Below are positions 24,128-35,449 of a stretch of 39,626 nt of DNA, piece after piece. The DNA is from Pelomyxa schiedti (Eukaryota > Protista > Evosea). Positions within the stretch are counted from its first letter, which is position 1. Every line of letters starts with the position of its first letter. Under the pieces are notes generated by a model. The model was not told the DNA's origin. It ran no database searches and saw only the letters and a list, made by a program, of their open reading frames with translations. The position numbers and the translations under genes were made by a program. The stretch spans positions 1 through 39,626 of the forward strand of contig JAHLWZ010000948.1 of NCBI GenBank assembly GCA_020536535.1. Reading direction: 5' to 3'.

Positions 24128-25678
24128 TTAAGAAAGAGCCCGTTTGGCTAGGTCCACGGCCACGGCGGCCACGGCGGCGGTGAGTCTTGGTCTCTGTTGA
24201 GCAGGTACGCTGTCCATTGTTGCGCCGAGATTCGGGTCGTCCTCCTTGGCTTGTGTGAGTGCATCTTTAACAAGGAGTTGGGCAAGATCTTGTGCCGAGA
24301 GGTGCCGGCCGGATTTGGAGAGCTGAGTTTTTAATCAGATCGCGGAGACTTTTTCTTTAATTGGGTTTTAGGGGAGTTGGAAATATACCACACTATTCAG
24401 TCTGGCCTGATTTACGTATTGTAGAAGCTGCTCTTCCAGCTATGCCACAGAGTTAATATCCCTATTTAAATTTAAAGGAGTCTTACTCTGGTCAGGGTTT
24501 CCTCAATGGCAACCCAGTCATTTGGGTCTGCGGAAGTGCCAGTTGTGGCCGCATGGCGTTCTCTGGCATATGAGTGTTGACTTTTGGATGACTTCGCCAC
24601 GCACTCACAAAATTGGTGTGCCTTTTTCTTCACTATGGCCCGGACTTCACCTTTATTTGTGTCCACATAGACAACACGCTTATGTGGCTTTATAACTACT
24701 CCTTCAGCTTTATTATTTCTGAGAGGAGGAAGGCTGATTATAATAGTTAGTGCCGAGTCACAAGACTCGAGTTGGATGCATACCCAAGTCTGCCGGGTAT
24801 AGTGGTGATAAAATCGACATTGTATGCTAGTGCCTTTTCAAGAGGCCCAATGAAAAGTGGTGTAGCGTAAAAAAACCGAAATTCTTCAAAAAGAGCCATC
24901 GCCACATCGTACGGGAGGTATTCTTTATAGGTGTCAAGAAAATTGAAGTTAGACTCAAGAGTACCTCTGGTCATACTGGGCTCTCTTGCTGTTGTGATGT
25001 CAAAAGCATAAAATTCGTGATTGGGGCAATAAAAAATCTGTGCATGGAGTCAAAGGTAATGTTAATTTAGTGCCCGACCTCGGATTGCACTAGATTATTC
25101 ATCTGCTCAGGTGTCAAGGGGGTACCGTGCTCAACATATCCTCCACCAATCAATTCACCAAATATGGAAACTCTGAGTGGAAACAGTAAGCATACAATAG
25201 AACAGTTGGATGAGCACTTGGAAATTGTTGGATCCTCACGATGAAGTTTGGCAAACAAATCTAGTGCGTTTTGTTGGTATTTATTTTGAACTTCTTGGAA
25301 ACTTTCAACTCTTAGTTCAGAAGGAACAGAGACAGGGGGAGATACCCAAAGAAGTCTTCATTTGTCTTCAAGAAAGAGCTTCGTTTGGCAACCTTTACTC
25401 CAGCAGTGGAACATACGAAACTGAGTACTGGCCATAAGAGTACTACACAATGAGAAACAGGAGTATGTATACCAAAAGTTTGCCCCGTGTGCTTTTTCTA
25501 ACTATCGTCACTCCAACTTTAACCCAAACAAAATAAAATGACATGCACAATACACAATGCTATATTTACCTGTAACAACCCAAGCCCCCTTCAACTTAGC
25601 AACTGAAAGCCACCCCGAAGTTGTCTCTGACATCTTCTCATACTCCTGGTGCTCTTCATCAGCCTCCACAGCAGACAT
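24128..25678 (-). CDS. ATP-dependent RNA ligase, Rnl2 family (T4 Rnl2 / kinetoplastid REL-like)
   Basis: After splicing: motif I WVVTEKAHGANF, Ia VAKR, III IFGELIGG, IIIa HEFYAFDI, IV AEGVVIKP, V IVKKK, plus a C-terminal helical domain. Stop at 24128-24130. Confidence 0.92.
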
Positions 25679-25863
25679 TCTCTACCCGCGCTTCGCACAG
25701 TACGAAACTCCAACACTGATTTTACTAAAACTGAAACAGCCACACAGACCCACACAACAACACAATCCTTCCTTTTCTTGATCTCATCACGAAAGTTTCC
25801 AGCAAGTGGGTGATGGGTTGAATTCGTGTTTCGGTTTTTTTTTTCCTCACCCGTTCCCGCAAG

Positions 25864-27704
25864 ATGGTCGAGGTGAGGCTTACAAGGAAGGAGAGCCTGG
25901 CGATACTGGGGCTGTCGTCGCCGCCCGAGCCGAGCGAGGATGATGTCAGGGGTGCGTATCGTCGACTGGCAATGAAGTGGCACCCTGACAAGAACGAAAA
26001 CTCAAAGGAAAGCACTGTGATGTTTCAGAAAATATCGAGTGCCTATCAGGTTCGTTGTCCTTTTTTTATTGTCTCATCTTCTGTGAGTAGCTGAGTTTTA
26101 TTTTATTTTTTTTGCACAGTGTTTGATGACAAAGGAAGAGGACTTTATTGGCGGAATGAGATATGTTGATGCTATAATGTTGTACAACGCCTTGATAAAA
26201 AGTCTTTTGTCTCCTACTGCATCTTCAGCTGCAGCATGGGCAATGTTGCGAACATTGCTTCCGAAGGACACTAGGTTACCTTCAAACTCTCCCCTTTAGT
26301 TTGTGACTCCGTGAAAAAAGGACTCCTGAGGAGATGAGGAAGGCCTGGGAAGAGGAAGAGAGTAATAGGTTACTGGTTTTACATAAAATCGATGCTGGGT
26401 TTCGCAGAAATCAACACCCCCTTGCTGTAATGATGCCTCACTTTTTATGTCTCACCTGAATTGCTTTTTCTGTACATATTACTCTTCGGCGCATATTACT
26501 CTTCTGTACTTTCTACCCTGAAATTCTTCTAATTCCAAATACAACACAAAGTGTGCTATTAGGGAAAATCGCATCAGTGAAGTTCGAAGTCTCGTGCAAC
26601 AAGACCCCACACTGCCAGTATCTGAACTTGGCATATTTAATACACCTGTTCACTTTGCGTGTTTTTATGGCAATGTGCGTTTTACTCCCCCCAAAACCAA
26701 CCTTTTCTTAAATCAAAATGAAAAGTTAATGCCTTACATTACAAACAATGTAATGAGCAATAGAAAGAAATTTTAGATTTTTTGCTAGAAAATGGAGGAA
26801 TGCCTGCCCTTAAACAAATGAATCTGGATGGCTATACACCCCTAGAAATTGCAAAGCAAGAGTGTCACTTTGAATTGACAGAATACCTGACCAAGTAATC
26901 CAATGAACCTTTTGTTTGCCGCTTACTGGAAAAACACAAAACCTTCTCCCCTTAGACGACTGGGTATTCCCGAACAACCTCCAGTGACTCCTCCCGACTG
27001 CTTTTCAGATCGTCCAGACTGGAGGCGTCACTTCCGTAAAGACTACAAATCATCCATACCACTCACTACTCCAGTTGCCACACCAACTCCCTCTTCAACT
27101 CCCTCCCCCTCTTCTCCCAACTCAACAGCAACGCCATCCATCAAACCTGTGGTACTCACATCAACAACCCCTTCTTCTACACCCATTGTCACTCCAGCAG
27201 CAACCTCTCCTCCATTACAAACGACATCATCAGCAACATTTGTTAGTCCTACCAGGACTTGCACATCTTCCAGTTCAATATTTGCACCACAGACCAGGTC
27301 TAGCTATGCATCAAAGAGAACGACAACATCCTACAAATCCACACGGTCTTATTCTGAAATCCTAGAGGAGCGCATGGCACAAAGAGCTTCTCAGAGCCAG
27401 AAAGTAAGTTCCTTTATGAAATGTAGAAGAACCTTTCCCTTGACCCTCACTAAAGAATTCTCTGCAATCGGCTGAGGTTGTGCCAACAATAGATGCGCGG
27501 GTAGTAATACCACAAGAATCAGTTGACTCACAACAAGAACGCCGGCGTGAATTTGAGCTCAATGAAGAAAGGATAAGACGTGAAGCCAAACAAAGGTTTC
27601 CATCAGACCAACCTTCTTACACTCACAAAAATAGGGAAGATGAAGTCAAAAAAAGGCAGGAGAATTGGCTACAGCAAGAACAATCTCGCCGTGCCTTATA
27701 TTGA
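25864..27704 (+). CDS. J-domain (DnaJ) protein with ankyrin repeats and a Ser/Thr/Pro-rich region
   Basis: AYRRLAMKWHPDKN...FQKISSAYQ J-domain; ankyrin-like NTPVHFACFYGN and DGYTPLEIA. The 3' end is uncertain. Confidence 0.85.
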
Positions 27705-28546
27705 AGTAAATCAAAAGACCGAGACAGGATGGTGCTTGGCAGGGTGATTGTAACACAATTTTTTCCCAACTTTTGCAAGAGGTCTCTTTTCATTATCTGG
27801 ATCCTAAAGTTTTTCTATTGTTAGCTGGCCCTTTCTCAATTGGATCAATAAAAAACGACTACGAAAACCCTGATAACCAGGAGCCTAACAGATTAGCTTT
27901 AGAACCACCAAGTCATTCTAACCTCCTTTTTCCTCTTTAGAGCTGCCAAATAATACTAACAATTGTCTCGAAAAATCCACTTTTTTGAATTATTGAGTCA
28001 TGTGAATTTCTGTTGATCAAAAGTGACGCGGTGAGAAGTGATGACTTCAGGCAAAAGGGAATCACAATGTCGGCCCTGAGCGACCCACAGAAGTCGAGTT
28101 CTGGGAATTCAATGACGTGATGCTGTGCTGTGGGTCCACTGAATACTTGGAATTCACAGGAAGAAGCTGGGCTGAGAAGCAACGCGCACCACCAGATCAA
28201 CATTTATAAAAAAAGTTTGTTGCTTCAGTACGAACACGTCCGTATTCTCCCAGTCTTTTTCTTTCCTCCTTGGTACCCAGTCTGTGGCATTACTACAACA
28301 CCGGTTTTGACACCAACACATGTCTGCGGCCACAGACACCATGCACCACGTCACGACACCCAGCTCAGTGTTCTGTCTAGCCTCAGCTAAAAAATGATTT
28401 TTTTTCGCCGATGGTTGTCAGTTAGCTCAGTGATACGTATGAGTTAAGGGGTAGCACTGGGACGAGACTGGGTGCTTTGAACTCGGTTTTTTTTTTAACT
28501 GTGGGAAAGTCCCAGATTAAAGTAGCTCCTTTAAAATCCTTTTTTT

Positions 28547-29875
28547 TTAGAGGGCGTAGGCTCCGGTGGGGTAAGAGATTGCCTCAGCAATGCCGCACAT
28601 ATCACTGCCCCTGTAAATGCGCTGTGGGGTGGTATTAGTTTAGTACAACTTGTTGATTAATAGACATACTATGTAACCCTTCTCTCCCCAGTCAGCACCC
28701 CAGCTGTTCTTGACCTTCCAGTATGGTGTGGTTCCATCAGTGCCATACCCAACAAGAAGAACGGCGTGGTTGAGCACTTCTCCAGTGCACTTCGCGATGT
28801 TCATGACCCCTCCAGTGTAGGCCTGGAAAGTTTTTTACAAAAGGTCTCTGCTGAACTAGATACATACATTAAAGTAATTAGCATTGAGAGCAATAGAGAG
28901 CGGCCCAACGGTAGTGAGGTAATTCAGAAGTGTAGTCTCGTCATAGGCCTTGGTGTCAGTGGACTGAGTAAGGCACGCATAGCCAGTAATTGAGTACTTG
29001 AGAGCTAGAGAAGTGGGGCAAGTCGCCACGTCCTTAATGTCATAGGGCAAGGCAGATTCCATCGGAAGACCTTTGATATAGGTCTCGATAGCAGAGTTGG
29101 AGAGATCTGAGACAAGGTCAGTACGATTATACCGAGGGTCTCTAACTCACCGCTGAAGGCGGTCCAGGGCCATCCTCCATTGCATCCTCCGTTGCAAACT
29201 GTGGTGTTCCTCTTCTCGTAAATCTCAGATGTGCATCCCTTGCTGCATGCTGTGACATAGGCTGGGGAGAGGGAATCGGTGCCCCATCCAGCGAAGCCAG
29301 ACATTTGTCCAACTTGTCCCTCGACTGCCTGAGCAGTGGAGAAGGCCCAGCAGCTTCCACATGATCCCTGGTTCTTAACTGCTGTGACAACGTTGGGGTT
29401 TGTGCTCCAGTCAAATTCATCGGCGCGGGTGGCAGGGCCAGGAGTTGGCAGGTAATCTGGCAAGATGAGGCACGACTTGGCAAGGTAGTCGCTAGGTGCG
29501 CCTGGCATGAGGTATTGGCTCCTGAACCTGTTCAAGAGGAAAACGATTACTAAAAGAAAAGATGAGAAGTATCAAAAGAAGCATACTCCTCGTCAGTCAA
29601 GTCAGAGAACTTGGTCTCACCAAAGACGTTGTTCTCGAGGTTGAGGTGACCAGCCTTGCGGAGGTTGGACCTGTAGATCTTCATCCTGTGGACGTATTCG
29701 GCACCCTCGTATTGCTTTCCATACCTGTTGTAAAGTCGTTAGAAGTAATGAAACCACCATTACGAGAGAGGGAAAACGAGAATGGAGGTAAGTCGGCACA
29801 CTTCTCCAAGAATCGGTCGAACTGTTGGTCTGCTACGACCACACAAACAAGAAGGAGTACCAGAATCGCCTTCAT
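28547..29875 (-). CDS. Papain-family (C1A) cysteine protease precursor, copy 1
   Basis: Signal peptide [16 protein letters not shown]29 prodomain ([10 protein letters not shown]), [25 protein letters not shown] and YWKVKNSWG. Confidence 0.96.
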
Positions 29876-30148
29876 GTGTTCTTCGAGTTGTATCTTTTTT
29901 TTTTTTTTTCCCCTCTGTGTGTCGATTAAAAGTACTGCTTCGTCGGTTTAAACCCGTGATTTTGGGGTTTCCCAAAATCCCCGTGTTTCGGTTTTTACTT
30001 TGTCGGAAGAAAAGTTGCAGACTGGAAGGGCTTTGCGTCTGTGGGATGTGACTGAAATCTTGGGTCGACCACTATGAAGGGGACGAGTTATGGAAATGCT
30101 GGGCTAAAAGACTTTCAAGTTTTTTTTTTTACCCGAAAAAGTGGTAAC

Positions 30149-31531
30149 TTAGAGTACTGGGTAAGAAATGGCCTCAGCAATGCCGCACTCGTCGCTTCCC
30201 CTGAGGATACGCTGTGTGGAGTTGTTTAATTAGTACGGGGCTGTGAACATGAATGGACATACGATGTAACCCTTCTCTCCCCAGTCAGCACCCCAGCTGT
30301 TCTTGACCTTCCAGTATGGTGTGGTTCCATCAGTGCCATACCCAACAAGAAGAACGGCATGGTTGAGGACTCCGCCAGCGCACGTGGCCTTCAGGATTCC
30401 TCCAGTGTATGCCTGAACAATAAGAAGAAATGTAAGGGGAATTGAAGCAATGTCAGCGGGAAAAGAATGCACACGCTGAAGAGGTTGGCATTGAGAGCAA
30501 TTGAGAGTGGTCCAACGTTGGCGAGGATATCAAGAAGCTGGGTCTCGTCATAGGCCTTGGTATCTGTGGACTGAGTGACACACTTGTATCCAGAGATGGT
30601 GTAGCTCTTGGTGAATGCAGTTGTTGGGCACTTGTAAACATCCTGGACAGTGTATGGCCACTCGCTCTCAAGTGGAATTCCAATCTTGATGTATGTGGGA
30701 GATGCAGTGTTGGAAAGATCTGTTTGATACTTAGTTCCGCAGTAACCATAAAAGGAAGAAGTCATACCATCGAAGGCGGTCCATGGCCATCCTCCGTTGC
30801 ATCCTCCGTTGCAAACTGTGGTGTTCTTCTTCTGGTAAATCTCAGATGTGCATCCAGTGCTGCAGCCGCAGACGAAAGCCTCAGAGAGGGAATCAGTCCC
30901 CCATCCGGCGAAGCTAGCCTGTTGTCCGATTTGGCCCTCAATTGCTTGTGCGGTGGAGAATGACCAGCAGCTTCCGCATGATCCCTGGTTCTTGACAACG
31001 GTGACAACGTTGGCGTTTGTGCTCCAGTCGAGTGAGTCGGGGGCAGTTGCGCGGGGGACTGGTGCTGGCTGGTAATCGCTCAGGATGAGGCATGACTGGG
31101 CAAGATATGTGGCCTCAACTCCCTCCATGAGGTATTGGCTTCGGAACCTACACAGATAAGGGCAATGAGCAAAAAGTTGGAAAAAGTGAGTGGATGTACG
31201 CACTCCTCCTCGGTCAAGTCAGAGAACTTGGTCTCACCAAAGACGTTGTCCTCGAGGTTGAGCTGAGCAGCCTTGCGGAGGTTGGACCTGTAGATCTTCA
31301 TCCTGTGGACGTATTCGGCACCCTCGTAGTGCTTTCCATACCTGTGGATAATTAATGAGCGAGGAATGAAAGTGAGGAAGGAGTAAGGAGGAGAGAGGAA
31401 GAATGGGTTTGTGTGAAGAAGGTAAGGAAGAGAGAAGGAAAGCAGCTAAAAACACACTTGGCCAAGAAGCGGTCGAATTGCTGGTCAGCCACTACGGCTG
31501 CGACAAGAAGGAGGATAAGAACTGCCTTCAT
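30149..31531 (-). CDS. Papain-family (C1A) cysteine protease precursor, copy 2
   Basis: Tandem paralog with the same intron positions; [20 protein letters not shown] and YWKVKNSWG. Confidence 0.96.
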
Positions 31532-31922
31532 GTTGTTGTGTCTTTCTACTGTTGGCAAACTCTTTCGAATTTTTTTTTGTTTGATTTTAATAGAAAAAAT
31601 GAAACGTTGCCGCCTTAAAAGGGCAGCTAACGGCTGTGTGCTTTTGGGGTGTCACGAAAAAAGCAAGTTTTGGGGCGATATTTCCCCGGCGAAATCAACC
31701 ATCACTTTCCGCCCCTTCTTTTTAAAGGAGGACCCGCCCCCGGAAACCCAGTAAATTGGCTTGTGAATCGTACAACTTTTCATCACAGCAAGCAGTGAAG
31801 CAGTGAACTAAACAACACATAGAAACATCTTTTTCTTACTCTTCTCAGCATCAACAACTGTGTGATGTATTCTAGTTACAGTGTGCACTTTAGATCAATC
31901 TAGTAATTTTTTACATTGTCTC

Positions 31923-34900
31923 ATGCAGTGCACCTCGGGTATCGTTGAAGAGTGCGGCCAACACGTCGCCCTGTTGAAACACATAAACTCAAGACAAAGA
32001 TTCAAGGTTCTCTCTTTCCGCGGGTTTTGCCTTTTTTTTCCCCTTCTCGTTTGACTGTCGTTTCTAAATCGCTTACAATGTCGCTTCTCCCTCTCACTTT
32101 GTTGCTAGGCATTAGAAAATTTGACAAGAGTGGTTTCGCTGGACGCTGTGACGAGCGGCGTCGTGGAGTCTCTTGTGTCGGCGTACGACGTAGTTGTCAA
32201 AATAATTGGGTGCTTCTCTGATCCCGACAGCGATACTTGCAGAGAAGCTTCTGTTAAACTGTTGTTTTGGTATGCTGTCATCTTTTTCGTCCAACATTTC
32301 AACACTTTTTCATTCCCTGACTTTTTTTTCCCTCATTGGAACAGCATACTTTCAAAAGGGGGAAGACATATGATATCACAATATGCACCATGCTTGTTTC
32401 CCATCATGTTAAGTCGGTTGGGAAATAAAGGAGGTTCCACTGAACCTACGGAAGAAGTACTATCATTGAGTACTTATTTCTTTCCTTAGCTTACTCTAGG
32501 TAAGGCTGGCATGGCTGAATGTTTTGAATTTGATTGCTCAGAACACATCTCTTGCTCCTGCCCATATAGATACTGTCAAGGCTGTATTGACCAATTCATT
32601 TTATGATCGCTGTGATGAAGTGAGAATTTCTGCATGTAATGTAGTCAGTCAATTGTCAACAAACGCACCTGCAACTCTCTGTTTGGTGGGGGACCCTCTG
32701 GTGCGTTCGATTTTGGGAATGGCAACTTCCAATGAAGTACCTTTACCCCCATCCCCTCTCTATGGCGGCACCCGTTGGCACGCAAACCCGACATGCCTTT
32801 TGTTTCACAAGAAGTTTAAAATTCGGCTCAGCGCCATTGCTGTACGACTTTCCATGCCATCTTCCTGAAACTGAACCTGTTTTTTCAAGGCACTCGATTC
32901 TATTGTCTTAAGTGGTTCCGTCTCCCATATTGACGAGATAGCTGTACACATGGCCCAGCTCCTACTGCAAGACAGCTCTTCACAAGTGAAAATATCTGCC
33001 ATTAAGGCTTGTGCTGGATGGGTTATGCGAGGATGCACTGAAGACGACAAGATTATTCCTTTGTTGGTAGCGGGTGTAGCTGATCAGGTTATTTCTTGCG
33101 TCCACCTGTCTTAATTGCTTAACAGTTGTAGTTCGCTGACGTTCGTACAGTCTCCTACGAAAAGCTCCTTTGTCTTAGTTCCCGTAGCATGTACTAAATA
33201 ATCCATACAAACAAGAGATAACTCGAATAGGGCAGATGGACTACAGCCTGAACCTGAACCAGTGACTCATATCCACTATCCCCCTCCTTTCCCAGGTATT
33301 TTGTACTGATGATATTCTCCATTCATCATCTAAAAGGAAGACCTCCTGTGGAAACTCGCTCTATGGTTACCAGAAAATATCCACTCATAATGTCATTTTT
33401 ACTTTCAACAGCGAGCAGCCCTTCCATTGACCACCTAATCCGTTCTCTAACTCTCTTGCGTGCAATGATAGTGTTTTCTGAATCTCAAATCCAGGTTTAC
33501 CTTTTCTTCCGACAACCTTACACTAATACTACACTCAGCAAAGTCTTCCCAGTATCATTCAGTTCCTGTGTGATATGGAAGGTGCAACTACAGATCAAAC
33601 CATATTGAAATTAGTACTTTGCCCCTTTATTCCTTTTTACTTTAACATTTTTAAGATTGAGGAAGTTGGTTGCATGGTTGGCACATTTTCTGGTCCTCAG
33701 GGATTTCTTCCATGCATCCTTCCTCAAATTGTACAATCCACCCAGAGATGGACAATCTTGCAGCTACTTTCATATTTTATGCAAGGATGCTCCTCACTTT
33801 CCTGCTTGCCTCACCTTGCAGATCTGATCCCTCCTCTTGTAGGTGTTCTATCCCTTTCCTCTTCAATTACTTGTACTCGATGACGGCACTAACAAGGGGG
33901 AAACTCACACAAATAGAGGTTGCCTCATGCCTTTTAATAGACAGTGACATGAAATCTTTTGGCGCCCTAGTGGCTGTTTGTAGGTTGGCAAGTGGCCTTT
34001 AAAGCACTAATAAATGATCTCAATTCGTACCAACAGACTGCCCTCCCCCCTCAAAAAGGTCTTTATTTTTCAATGTTGGATCTCAGTGGAATAGCTGCAA
34101 GAAAGATATTTGTTTGCAGGCCCTTTGTCTCATTTTGGTGATTCATGCTGAAGAGTCGAGATCTGAGTCATTTGTCAGTTCACAATCTGCAACCGCACAT
34201 AAGGAAAGTTTTGAATCGTTTGTGGCATCTTGCGGTGTAGATACACTTGCCAAAATGATTGAGCCACACTTCAATGCCTTAGTCGAGCATTTGTCAAAAT
34301 TTGTACTTCAATGGAATGGGGCAACTTGTGATAGCAAAGAGGCACAAATTTTCGCTGAGTTATTACGGTGTGCCTCAGCTTCATCATTGCACCAATATGA
34401 AGCTGATCTCTGCGGGTTTCTTGGAATTAATTGCAATGTAAATGTGGACCTAAAGAAGCGCGCTTGGTAGGTTTTGTTTTTTCATACTTACCAAACTGCC
34501 TCCGACTAATATTGACAAGGGCTCTTACTCAGTTGAGAACTATTTCTGAACACAATCAACTGATTACTGATGTTATTCTGGCTAAAAAAGTTATCTGCGA
34601 ATATTTAGTACCAAATCTTTCGTGGGCACCTGGTGCTCCTTCGTTAATGTTGAGAAAGGTGCGCCTGTACTCTAATAGCCAGTTCTAAGTGCAAATTAGA
34701 TAGCCATTGATTGTAGCCGACTAATACTACGAAAATTTGCACAACTCCACCAAACAACCGTACCCAATACATTTTCTTGGCTGGCCTCCACATTATCCAT
34801 ATATACCGCAAGATTTGACGAAGAAGATGACGGTTTGCGTGTATGGATTTGTGAAATAGTATCTGCCATCCTTACTCTGTCTTCCAACAACCTGAGCGGT

Positions 34901-35395
34901 AGACCCCAGTGCACCATAATCCTTGTGCCACTTATATTTCGTCAGATACAGATGCTGCAGAATTGTGCAAGTTGTTAATTTCTCGACTTGATGACAACTG
35001 TAATACTGTTCGCGTTGCAGTAGCCAAAGGACCAATTGTCACATTTGCACAAAAGTACCTGGCCAGCCACTACTCTGCTCCAAGTAGCCAGCAAATTCTC
35101 GGCGATGTTACGAAAGTACTACTTATTCACATGGATGACATTGACCAAGGAGTTCAGGTACTGCTCCCATGTCAACTCAAACAATACACAAAACACATAA
35201 GAAGCGTCAATCATACACATCTCTTTAACAACACACTAGGAAGCTGCGTTTTCTGGATTGGCATCTCTAGCACAAGTGGATCCCATTATTGTTGGGAGCC
35301 TGGCGGCTCAACAACTCCCTAAATTCCGGTCACCCTTTTTATGCACAAGACTTATCGCCTTATGCACTGGCCCAGAAACACAACAAAACTCCTGA
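31923..35395 (+). CDS. DNAAF5: HEAT-repeat protein, DNAAF5/HEATR2 (dynein axonemal assembly factor 5)-like
   Basis: CFSDPDSDTCRE, EPTEEVRL, HKKFKIRLSAI, YPPPFPGRPP, LVPNLSWAPG, ISRLDD and LLIHMDD occur in the order I recall for HEATR2. Confidence 0.75.
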
Positions 35396-35449
35396 TTATT
35401 TTAAAAAAGGGTTTTTCCTCATCGTTTACAATGACGTTACGTTGTCTAC

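Noticed and set aside
24153-24180. CCACGG(CGG) short tandem repeat
   Set aside because: It simply encodes AAVAAVAV at the Rnl2 C-terminus.
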